Assembly (NCBI GenBank): GCA_000165345.1
Contig: CM000433.1
Coordinates: 224,001 to 288,000 of the forward strand
DNA length: 64,000 nt
Reading direction: 5' to 3'
The notes beneath the pieces are model-generated. The model searched no databases, was not told the DNA's origin, and was given only the letters and a program-made list of their open reading frames with translations. Positions within the stretch are counted from its first letter, which is position 1, and every line of letters begins with the position of its first letter. Below are positions 41,539 through 51,245 of the stretch, piece after piece. A program made the translations under genes and the position numbers.

Positions 41539-42828
41539 ATGCCTGTTATTAATTGCAGTTCAACACGTTTGAGAACTGACTTAATAGATTATATTTGGAC
41601 GATTGAAGATTTTCCTTTACTAAGAACGCTCGCAATGCAGCGTGCATTGCCTAATCACGACAGAATAATAAGTAAAAAATTTGGTGATCAGCATAATGGA
41701 ACTTGGTTTCTAACCATATTTCCTGCAGGAGTAAACTGCGATGGTGATATGCTATCAATTTATTTATTTTCATACTCTGAACAAATCAGGATTGCACAAT
41801 TTGAAATTTCTTTATTAGATGATAAGTTAAATATCATTGAGGGTACAACAGTCTCGCTTTCTCAACCTCGAATTTTCAATGTTCATGATTCAAGTTGGGG
41901 ATGGGAGGATTATATGCGAATTGATATAATCGACGATACTAGTTTAAATGACATGAGTATTAAAAATTCTCCAAGTCAAGCAATTCCCTCCCCATTTGGG
42001 AATGACCTGGGAAGAACGCTATCACCAGATGAATTAATTTATTTTTCGGATGAAGGCTTAGACACATATAGCGTTCAAAACCATTTATTAGATGGAAGCA
42101 GTGAAATAAAATCTTCTGAAGATAACATTTTGAATTGGGAGAGAACTGTACTTAAATATTTTATTTTTGGTGGTGCAATCCGTGTAAAAATAAATATCAA
42201 GTCATTTAAAGATTTTATTCATTCAGATGGGAGCGTAATGGTTCCTAATTTTTTATCAAACAGAATTGCTACTCAAGATTATTTATGGCTTGCAAACGAC
42301 ATTTCCAAACTTTCTAAAGAGTGCTCAGATAAATTATGCGAAAAAGTTACACTAAATTGCGGTACCGAGCTCTTTCATGTCCCCAAGTTTGCACTTGCTG
42401 CTAGATCGAAGTACTTCCAGAATTTTTTTTTATCAAACTTCTCAGATTCAAATGCTAAGTATTTTTCAATTCCAGTTGGCGATGCATCACCATATATTCT
42501 AAGAAATGCATTAGATTATATTTTAACTGGAGATTGCAGATTATTAAGTGATGAAAACATTAAAAACTGGAAGGAGATAATAGATTTATTCAGATTTTCA
42601 GACAAGTATGGAATTAAATCGTTGTACAATGCATGCGTGCCCGCAATTATTGCAAATATCAATTCAGAATCCGTATGGGCTACTATGATAATTGCAAAAC
42701 AATGTAATTCAGATAAAATTCTTAAATCAGTGGAACATTTTTTTAAGACAAGTGGGGATTTTTCTTTAATTGTAAATGCTCTAGTTGGCCACATATTAGA
42801 ATATAAAAACTCTATAGTTAAAGGCTAA
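41539..42828 (+). CDS. MATH-BTB protein (SPOP-like cullin-3 adaptor), 429 aa
   Basis: N-terminal MATH/TRAF-like domain ('YIWTIEDFPLL...GTWFLTIFPAG...LSIYLF'). BTB/POZ domain ('VTLNCGTELFHVPKFALAARSKYFQNFF...ILRNALDYILTG'). Confidence 0.7.
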   Translation: MPVINCSSTRLRTDLIDYIWTIEDFPLLRTLAMQRALPNHDRIISKKFGDQHNGTWFLTIFPAGVNCDGDMLSIYLFSYSEQIRIAQFEISLLDDKLNIIEGTTVSLSQPRIFNVHDSSWGWEDYMRIDIIDDTSLNDMSIKNSPSQAIPSPFGNDLGRTLSPDELIYFSDEGLDTYSVQNHLLDGSSEIKSSEDNILNWERTVLKYFIFGGAIRVKINIKSFKDFIHSDGSVMVPNFLSNRIATQDYLWLANDISKLSKECSDKLCEKVTLNCGTELFHVPKFALAARSKYFQNFFLSNFSDSNAKYFSIPVGDASPYILRNALDYILTGDCRLLSDENIKNWKEIIDLFRFSDKYGIKSLYNACVPAIIANINSESVWATMIIAKQCNSDKILKSVEHFFKTSGDFSLIVNALVGHILEYKNSIVKG

Positions 42829-42933
42829 AACGGCAAATCTGTGAAAAAAAAATCGGTTCTGTATTTTTTTTTTTTGTATTTATATAAAGTTATAATTTTA
42901 GTCTTAATTAAATTATGAATAGAAGATATATTC

Positions 42934-45183
42934 CTATTTATTTTCTAAAGTGTTAACAAAATCTGTAATCTCAACGTTCTTATTATCAATAAAAGACCAA
43001 GAAATTACTATTTTATTTACAACACTTTTTTTGATGTCAATGTTGGGTTGGTCAATAATTGCATCAGAAAGGTATTTATTAATGACATCTAGCTGATAGC
43101 TCTCAGCAGTAATTTTAACAATTAAACTTTTATAAGTAATAATAGTCAAATTGTCATAAAAATATGACTTGATTAATCGATTAATTTCTTCGTTGAAGTG
43201 CGGTTTTCTTAAACTACAATTTTTTTTCCTGATGATATATTTGCGAAATACATTACTTAACAAATTTCCAATTGCAATTAATATCTTGAAAATTTCGATA
43301 TCATATATATTTGAATAAAATGTCAAATTAAATTTATTGATGTTGTGAAATGTTTGTTTAATTTGGAATCTTTTAAATTGATATATTGTGATATTCGTTT
43401 CTGAAGTATCTTTATTTTTCTTTGAATGTTTTTTCATTTTCAATAGTTTCTTTTGGAAAATCTTTGACTTTCCTCTCAAATATGTATATAATTCATTTTT
43501 TGTCAAGATAAATGAATGTTTATGATCAGTGTATTTTGAAGTAAAAATGTAAATTGGAAATAGCTTTGGTATTCCATAATATTCAATTAACAACGAACGT
43601 AAATGACAAATTGAATGGGCACTATTTTCTAATAAACCAATAGTCGGATTATTAAGCTGTCTAATCCGAAACTTTTCAATAATATTTCTTGCTTTTAATT
43701 TATTCACTAATGAATTTTGTATTGAATTTATAGCGTTTATCAATGAATACTTTATTGAAAGGTAGCAAACATATTTGCAGTTCTCTTTAGTGGGCAAAGT
43801 GGTAATTGAACCATTATGTGGGCAGAATGTAGGAATTTTAAATTCAGAATTTATGAACGATGCCAAGTTTAGCATACCATGTCTTTCTCCGTGAACGAAT
43901 GCTATAGATTGTGGCTCTGAGTGAGAAATAAGGGATTGTATTCCGATAGAATCTGCGTGTGATGAAAAGCTGAGATACTTTACATTGCACCTTACTTCAA
44001 TACATGTGGTAGGATCTTTTTGGTCGATGTAAACTCTTTTTGCACCATTAATTATCTTTGAGCCAATAGTGCCAGATACGCAAAAGCCGGGAATAATAGT
44101 AAGATTGTTGGAGTCCGGTGCCCACATTTTAAAGGCTTGAAGAGAAAGCCCAGTATGAAGCATCCCAGGTGTTGCAAAAAGTACTGCAGGGCCTGAAAGC
44201 GTCAGAATAGATTTGTCATATGGCAGTACATGCGGAAAAGTAAAAATATTATCAGCGAGCGGCGTGTTAGTCCAGTTAGTAAATAATTGGTAATATGAAT
44301 TGGCCTTTTCCGTCATTGAGCCTCCGAAAAAAATTGGGAATCTTATTTGCATTCTACGCCAGTAAATTTCCAATAGTATACATAGTTCTTGCGCTCGACC
44401 AATTGCAAATACGGGTATCAATACTTTACCACCTCTCTTTAAGCAAGAGTATACCATTTCACAAAAGGTTCTCTCAGTTGAACGCCTTGAAGGCCGAATG
44501 TATGTTGCATATGTGCTTTCTGAAATTAATAAGCTTGGTAGTAGCTTAGGTATTAATGCTGGTCCTAGATGCCTATCTCTAACCATATTGAAATCACCAG
44601 TATAAACAATTGATTCGTCACTAACCTGTACGTGAAACATCGAAGCCCCCAAAACGTGACCTGCATAATATGGAGTAATTTTTATCCCTGAAATAACTAT
44701 GGTTTGATGAAGCTGAATAGCCTTTACCTTTTCCATGCAGCTCCATACATCAGAAACAGTGAAAAAACCATATTCATTATTATAAACTGTTTCATTTGGG
44801 GGAGCCACATCAACGTTTGTTTTTTGCAATAATAATTTTTGTTCCATAATTTTGCAGCAGTCAGAAAGTAAAACAGATGAAACAGATTTTGTAGGATAAG
44901 TCATTACTATTGGGCCTTTATAACCTATTTTCTCTGTAAAAAAAGGTAGTGCACCGCAGTGATCTAAATGATAGTGAGATATTATGACCAAATCGATATA
45001 TTCATTTATAATTAAAGGGTCTAGAGTGGCACTAATTAATCTAAAATCAGGATACTTTCTTTCATCTTTAAAACCCATATGCATTCCACAATCAAACATG
45101 ACTGTTTTTGATCCAATCTTTGCTATTATACATGATCTTCCTACATCTTGACCTGCGCCTAGTGGTATAATTGAAATTGTCAT
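42934..45183 (-). CDS. INTS11: Integrator subunit 11-like metallo-beta-lactamase / beta-CASP nuclease (CPSF73 paralog), 749 aa
   Basis: 'IPLGAGQDVGRSCIIAKIGSKTVMFDCGMHMGFKDERKYPDF', 'ISHYHLDHCGALPFF' (HxHxDH) and 'YYAGHVLGASMFHVQVSDESIVYTGDFNMVRDRHLGPA' are colinear with INTS11. They are closer to INTS11 than to CPSF73, which reads 'DCGIHPG...'. Includes a ~150-aa Asn/Lys-rich C-terminal extension. Confidence 0.8.
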   Translation of the reverse strand: MTISIIPLGAGQDVGRSCIIAKIGSKTVMFDCGMHMGFKDERKYPDFRLISATLDPLIINEYIDLVIISHYHLDHCGALPFFTEKIGYKGPIVMTYPTKSVSSVLLSDCCKIMEQKLLLQKTNVDVAPPNETVYNNEYGFFTVSDVWSCMEKVKAIQLHQTIVISGIKITPYYAGHVLGASMFHVQVSDESIVYTGDFNMVRDRHLGPALIPKLLPSLLISESTYATYIRPSRRSTERTFCEMVYSCLKRGGKVLIPVFAIGRAQELCILLEIYWRRMQIRFPIFFGGSMTEKANSYYQLFTNWTNTPLADNIFTFPHVLPYDKSILTLSGPAVLFATPGMLHTGLSLQAFKMWAPDSNNLTIIPGFCVSGTIGSKIINGAKRVYIDQKDPTTCIEVRCNVKYLSFSSHADSIGIQSLISHSEPQSIAFVHGERHGMLNLASFINSEFKIPTFCPHNGSITTLPTKENCKYVCYLSIKYSLINAINSIQNSLVNKLKARNIIEKFRIRQLNNPTIGLLENSAHSICHLRSLLIEYYGIPKLFPIYIFTSKYTDHKHSFILTKNELYTYLRGKSKIFQKKLLKMKKHSKKNKDTSETNITIYQFKRFQIKQTFHNINKFNLTFYSNIYDIEIFKILIAIGNLLSNVFRKYIIRKKNCSLRKPHFNEEINRLIKSYFYDNLTIITYKSLIVKITAESYQLDVINKYLSDAIIDQPNIDIKKSVVNKIVISWSFIDNKNVEITDFVNTLENK

Positions 45184-45263
45184 AATTTTTTAATATTAGC
45201 TTTTATTCAAACAAAAAATGAGTGATCGCGGGTATAATAATTTCCAATTGAAATAAAAAATTA

Positions 45264-47752
45264 ATGCAGAAAAAGGATAATACTAATTTGTTCAGCTACA
45301 AAAAAATTAGGAGGAAGACTTTTAAAAAAGACAACAGTGGCTGTAATTACAAGCCCACAAACTTTTTACCAAATAGCTGTATTAGAGGTGATAGGAAAAC
45401 AATTCTATGCGTTGCAGAAAAAAATTCTGTTGCAAAAGAAATTGCTAATATTCTCTGCCCAGAATTTCAATCACCAAATAAATTGAAGAGCAAAAGTAAG
45501 ACAAATGTTGCGTTATACTTCCCTTATGAATTTTGTGGGGATGAGTGTAACATGATAGTTACATCAGTAAGAGGCCATTTGAAGCAACTAGGATTTGCAT
45601 CAAAATATTCAGACTGGGGTTCGGTAAACCCTGTTGTGCTGTTGGATCTATCTACGCCAGTTATTAGTTCAATTTTACCTGACTGTATGGGAATTGCAGA
45701 TAACTTAACATATTTTTCAAAAATATCATCTTATTTGATTCTATGGTTAGATTGCGATAGGGAGGGCGAGAATATTGCATTCGAAGTACTAAGTATTTGT
45801 TTAAACTCGAACAAAAACCTGATTACTTTTAGGGCTCATTTTTCAGCGATTACTAAATTTGAGATTAACAATGCAATGAAAAAACTATCATTTCCCAATC
45901 GTGCATTAAGCGATGCTGTCGAGGCTAGAAAAGAAATAGACTTAAGAGTAGGGTCTTCCTTTACGAGGTTTTTAACTCTGAGGTATAGTAGGCTATTCCC
46001 GATTCCAGAACGCACACTTAGCTATGGAACATGCCAATTCCCTACTCTTGGATTCGTTGTAAGCAGATATAAAAAGATTATTAATTTTAGAGAGGAAGAT
46101 GAGTGGACGATCACATTGGAAGTTAAGATGAAGATTTATGAAGGGAATAACAAAGAAATGTCGAACGTAATTTTTGAATGGGAAAGAGGTAAACTTTTTG
46201 ATAACTTATTTACATTTATTATATATGAAACTTGCATAGAAAATTCAAATGCAAGAATTAAAGAAATAGTTAATAACAAGATCTTGAAAAGAAAACCCTT
46301 ACCACTTAATACAGTTGAAATGACAAAAATTGCATCTGATAAGTTAAAATTTTCTCCTATTAAGTGCATTAATATTGCAGAAAATCTTTATAGAAAAGGT
46401 TACATTTCATATCCAAGAACAGAAACAAATAGTTTTTCGGACAGCATTGATATCTCAAAATATATAAAAGAGCAAGAAAAAAGTAGCATATTCGGATCAT
46501 TTGCAAACGAGTTGTTGTATTTAAACAGTTTTTCAGTACCGAGAAAAGGCTGTAAAGATGATGGTTCTCACCCGCCAATCCATCCTGTAAAATGTTTGAA
46601 TAAGGAACAAGCTTCTTCAAATGAAGAATGGTTGTTATACGAGCTTATTACACGTCACTTTTTGTCCTCATGCTCAGAAGATGCTGTAATTATGGAAACA
46701 ATCGTTAAAGTTGATATTTCAGGCGAGACTTTCAAGACTAAAGGAACCGTAAGTTAATTAATTCAATCATCACACTAATTAATTTCTATTAGGTTATAAT
46801 AGAAGAGAATTGGCTAAAGATATACTATCCATTTGAAAGAATAAAAACAAAGATATTACCAGCATTTAATCTTGGTAATTTAGCCTTTCCATACAAACTA
46901 TTCCTACGTAAAAGCAAAACAATCCCTCCGACATTACTGAGCGAGGCAGAACTAATTGATTTAATGGATAAGAACGGGATCGGGACTGATGCTACGATGC
47001 ACGAGCACATTGAGAAGATACAAGTCAGACAATATGTTAAGAAAAATTCAAAATCATTACTTTCTCCAACGGCATTAGGAGTTGCTTTATATAATGGATT
47101 TGAACTAATTTCTAGAAAAATGGAATCAAAGATAGATAAAGCTAAACTTATTGGTGAAACGAAGTCGCTTTATTTAAATAATATACCGGCTTGCAACCTA
47201 ATGCATTTTAGAATTAGACAAATAATTGAAAGAAGTATCGAGAAAATAACTTCCGGTGAATATTCTAGAAGTTATGTTGTTGAGCAGATAGCTGCGTTCA
47301 TGAAAAATATATACGAAAAAATGCTCGAATTTATTAGCTATTTGGATTCAGCACTACATGCTTATTTCCCTAAATGGGATGCAAGCATCGTGATGACTAA
47401 TGGAAAGATGGTTAAACAAAATATATCTGAATGCGGGTTTTGCGGGTCTAGCATAAATGTATACGAAGTTGAAAAGAGCTTGAATGGGCTTCCGCCTATT
47501 ACTGAAGCAGAAGGCGATACTATCATTCGCATTTCTAAAGATGCAAAATTAGCAATTTGTAAAAATCAATCGAAAATAGAGTGTAATAGGCCTTTATTTA
47601 TTCCAGATTTTAAATCAATTAATATTACAAATGAATACTGTCAATTTTGTAGATTCAAAAAGATTAAAATTGAAATACAGAACTCAAAAAAAGTTAGCTT
47701 ATGCCTATATTGCTTCAGTAATCTAGAAAAGGGCATATATGCTAAATGCTGA
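45264..47752 (+). CDS. TOP3: DNA topoisomerase III (type IA), 2 exons, ~814 aa
   Basis: Exons 45264..46748 and 46793..47752; intron 46749..46792 (GTAAGT...TATTAG, 44 nt). Toprim N-terminus 'ILCVAEKNSVAKEIANIL', 'YISYPRTETNSF', 'SHPPIHP'. Splicing joins '...FKTKGT' to 'VIIEENWLKIYYPFE...LLSEAELIDLMDKNGIGTDATMHEHI', colinear with Top3. C-terminal C4 zinc ribbons. The track splits it into 45264..46757 and 46964..47752. Confidence 0.85.
46749..46792 (+). other. spliceosomal intron of TOP3 (44 nt)
   Basis: GTAAGT donor directly after codon ACC; AG acceptor at 46791-46792. The frame is continuous into the conserved Top3 sequence. Confidence 0.8.
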
Positions 47753-47871
47753 ATTTGATAAAAGTTTTATTGCACATCTTCGAATTGCTTAATTATATAC
47801 AAATTAACAATTTCTTTTCGCGCTATAGTAATGCGGTTATAAAAAATTAGTTCTATCCAAAAATAGTAACA

Positions 47872-49023
47872 ATGGTTGAAAAAACATTTCGTAAGATTAC
47901 AGATGATACAGATGAAGGAAAGACTATATTCCTAAGAAATATCCCATTTGAAATGTCTGAATTTTCTCTTAAGGAATTGATTGAGGGAAAATTTGGAGAA
48001 ACGCTTTATGTAAAAATCGTTTTTTCAAAGCTAACCCAATTACCGAAAGGGGTTGCTTTCGTTAAATTCAAGAATATTGAATCAGTTGAAAAAGTTTTAG
48101 AAGGAGAGAAGGTTGCAGATAGATTTTATAATGACCATATTTTTAGACATAAGAGAAAGCCTATTTCTGATTCTGGGAATTTTAGTGCGATTATTTTACC
48201 TCCGGAAATTGGTATTCAATTTAATGGAAGAAGAATCTTTGCCCGTTTAGCTCTGAATAGAACAGAAATTGCAAATATTGAAAGTAGCAAATTATCTGAA
48301 AGTTCAGATAAGCTTAGTAAAAATTTGGATTTGCTTAAAAAAGGATTAATTCTACCTGGAATGAAAGAAGCTGAAGGTATTAGCAGCCATGATTTGAGGC
48401 TACGCGAAAATTCATGGAAAGAAATGAAAATTAAAATGAGCAACCCTAACTACGAGGTCAATAAATACAGGCTCTGCATTCGTAATATTCCAACAAAAAT
48501 AAAGTCAAGTGAATTAAATGATATTTTAATTCGAGAAATTTCAAAGATGCGCGACATTGAGGTTCAGAATTTGGGACATGAAATAGTCTCTGAGTTTGAG
48601 AAATCTGAAAATTCCAACTTTAAAAAAATTTTGATGTCATTGAGGCGAAACATTAACTCTCCCAAAAAGTGTAAGCTAGTATTTAAAAGGTTAATAAACA
48701 AAGTAAACATAGTTAGAGAAACTTCATCAAAATCGAGCAAGTCCAGAGGATTTGCATTTGTAAATACTAGTTCATTTTCTCTCTCGAAATCACTTTTGGA
48801 AGCTTTAAACAACAATCCAAAAATATTTACTTCAGAAAAAAGGCCTATAGTAGAATTTGCAATTGAAGATAAAAGGGCATTGTTTATTCAAAAAAAGAGA
48901 ATAGAAAACCTTAAACGGCGTGAAAAGAAGAGCAGCGAGATATGTGATAAAAAACCACGTAAATCGTATAATATTAGCAAAGTCGGCCGAGGGAGAAGGC
49001 AACGAATAAAAAATGCTGCTTAG
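47872..49023 (+). CDS. RNA-binding protein with RRM domains (nucleolar Nop4/RBM28-like), 383 aa
   Basis: RRM RNP motifs 'KTIFLRNIPFEMSEFSLKEL...KGVAFVKFKN' and 'RLCIRNIPTKIKSSELNDIL...SRGFAFVN'. Basic C-terminus. Confidence 0.65.
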   Translation: MVEKTFRKITDDTDEGKTIFLRNIPFEMSEFSLKELIEGKFGETLYVKIVFSKLTQLPKGVAFVKFKNIESVEKVLEGEKVADRFYNDHIFRHKRKPISDSGNFSAIILPPEIGIQFNGRRIFARLALNRTEIANIESSKLSESSDKLSKNLDLLKKGLILPGMKEAEGISSHDLRLRENSWKEMKIKMSNPNYEVNKYRLCIRNIPTKIKSSELNDILIREISKMRDIEVQNLGHEIVSEFEKSENSNFKKILMSLRRNINSPKKCKLVFKRLINKVNIVRETSSKSSKSRGFAFVNTSSFSLSKSLLEALNNNPKIFTSEKRPIVEFAIEDKRALFIQKKRIENLKRREKKSSEICDKKPRKSYNISKVGRGRRQRIKNAA

Positions 49024-49103
49024 CACAATTTACTTTAGACAAGACATGATGTGTGCTGAATTTTAGAATCTAATTTTAATGGTTCAGTATAAGATTCGGC
49101 AAA

Positions 49104-51065
49104 ATGAATTCAAGTAGTCAGCTTGAAAGAGATGTACCAACAAACTCTAGTGAATTTGGCAAAGCCCCAGACACTACTGGAGGAGCTATATTTACAAGCA
49201 TTAACATTGCAAATAGTAAACAAAGCGGCAATAGCGATATTCTCAATGATGATCATGATGAGATTGTACCATGTTCATATTGTAATCAACCTACTTATGA
49301 AGAATCTTATATGTTACTTTCGTGTCTGCATAGATATCATTACTCCTGCGTTTTAAATAATATTAGCGCTGTTACACCTAGTGGGGATTTTATGATGTGC
49401 AAAGTTTGTGGATTTAAATCAGCTGTTTTGGGTAAAACTGGGCTCCCAGTAGCCCGTGACCTAGGTTTAATATCTTCAAAAAATAGTCTAGGTTCCATTC
49501 CAAAGGCCCCGTGTTCAACTTGCCAATTTAGAACTTCTACCGTATATTGTATCGATTGTTGTGAAGGATTTTGCTCAAAGTGCGTCAAGGAGTTTCATAA
49601 TAGTGTCTCTACACTACAGAGCCACGTAATAAGACAACTTGACACCAGTAATGATAGCGAAGCAGTTCAGATCAATTCTGCCATTGAACTTGTTAAAGCT
49701 GCAAAAGAAGAAAAGATTTTATCAGGAATAAATGGTACTGAAAGCAATATGAATACAAAGCTGATTCAGAAGAAAAAAAAACAATCAGCAGAGGAATATT
49801 GTATTGTACATAAACAAACAGAGGCGAAGTACTTTTGTTTAACATGCGAACATAATTGTTTTTGCGAAGTTTGTGCAACTGTAGGTATGCACCGCGATCA
49901 TAAAGTTTTGATGGCGAATGAAGCAATAGACTGCATAAGAGATATTTTAGGGAAGTTTCAACATTTTGCAATTAAACGTATTTCTGAACTGGATTCAGTA
50001 CAAGACTCAACATCTGAATGGAAGAAACAACAGCAATTATTTCTTGAAGAAGTAAAACCACAGCTCGAAACTAACTCATCCCAAGCTTGCCAAATATTGA
50101 ATGAAAACATAAGCAAATTTAAAAATGAGCTACTAAAGGAATGGTTTGACAACGAGGATATTATATTGAAGGAAATTAATGACGCAAAGAAAAAACATGA
50201 CGAAATTAAACAACTAATTACCTCATTGCATGCTTGTTTGGATAAAAATGACGATTATTTCATGATGAATTTCCTTCATGATAAGTATAAGGAAGTTTAT
50301 ATGTGGCTGGACAAACCGTTTAATGAAAGTGAATTTTCCAACTTTACAGATCCTGTAGTTTGCTATGAACGCATATATAACATGACCGACAGAATGAATA
50401 GAGAAACAGCTAATTTGATATCACAACAGATCGCATTGAACAGGTTGAGCTGTATATTTCAACCCAGAAAGTTCCAATGTAACTTTGAGAGTGATATCAT
50501 TACCTTTGACGATGATGGAATTGCAATTCCTGTATTATCAAGTGAAAAAATAAGTTACTCAGGAGGAAGTGGTGTTGATGAAAATAATTGCAGCGATAAA
50601 TCCATAATTAAAATTAGAGGAGAATTGTTTAATGACAGTATTTTTAGTAGGAAAAAGCAAGACATCCAGATTGAGAAGTCAGTTTCATTGGAAATCATTC
50701 ATAAAGAAGGAGAAGAAGATGAATTTGAAGATAATTCTTACGATGCTCTTTACGAGAAAATGGTATGGCTGCATCCAAGCAATCAGTCAATTAATGAAGC
50801 CCATTCAGAGATTAATGATGTGGTAACTGAAGAGATACCATCTAGCTCTGAAAATGATATGAGGTCCTCGTTAGATGATGTTACAGAATTTACCAAAAAT
50901 ACTTGTAATTATAAAGCCTTATCCAACACATTTTTTACAGATTTTTCAGAAGACGAATCTTTTGTTTCAAATCTTTGTATTGATTTGAAAAATGAATGTA
51001 TTAATGTGCTACCCAGATTTGATATTTTATATTCTAGAAAAAACAACCCATTTATCTGCAAATAA
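49104..51065 (+). CDS. RING-H2 / B-box / coiled-coil (TRIM-like) protein, 653 aa
   Basis: RING 'CSYCNQ...CLHRYHYSC...CKVCG'. Two B-box-like fingers ('CSTCQFRTSTVYCIDCCEGFCSKCVKEFHN', 'CIVHKQTEAKYFCLTCEHNCFCEVCATVGMHRDH'). These are followed by a predicted coiled coil. Confidence 0.7.
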   Translation: MNSSSQLERDVPTNSSEFGKAPDTTGGAIFTSINIANSKQSGNSDILNDDHDEIVPCSYCNQPTYEESYMLLSCLHRYHYSCVLNNISAVTPSGDFMMCKVCGFKSAVLGKTGLPVARDLGLISSKNSLGSIPKAPCSTCQFRTSTVYCIDCCEGFCSKCVKEFHNSVSTLQSHVIRQLDTSNDSEAVQINSAIELVKAAKEEKILSGINGTESNMNTKLIQKKKKQSAEEYCIVHKQTEAKYFCLTCEHNCFCEVCATVGMHRDHKVLMANEAIDCIRDILGKFQHFAIKRISELDSVQDSTSEWKKQQQLFLEEVKPQLETNSSQACQILNENISKFKNELLKEWFDNEDIILKEINDAKKKHDEIKQLITSLHACLDKNDDYFMMNFLHDKYKEVYMWLDKPFNESEFSNFTDPVVCYERIYNMTDRMNRETANLISQQIALNRLSCIFQPRKFQCNFESDIITFDDDGIAIPVLSSEKISYSGGSGVDENNCSDKSIIKIRGELFNDSIFSRKKQDIQIEKSVSLEIIHKEGEEDEFEDNSYDALYEKMVWLHPSNQSINEAHSEINDVVTEEIPSSSENDMRSSLDDVTEFTKNTCNYKALSNTFFTDFSEDESFVSNLCIDLKNECINVLPRFDILYSRKNNPFICK

Positions 51066-51245
51066 TATTAAGTATACTATTATTATAGGAGGATTTTGCG
51101 TTAGGAATAACTTGGAGAATTTATCAACTTTGAGTAAATTTAATATTACTAAACACGTTCTAAACGACTCATACTCTACAGATTTGAAAATAATATTTAA
51201 ATAGCGATAAACTTTAGATTATCTCATAAATTTGTTTATCTCAAT

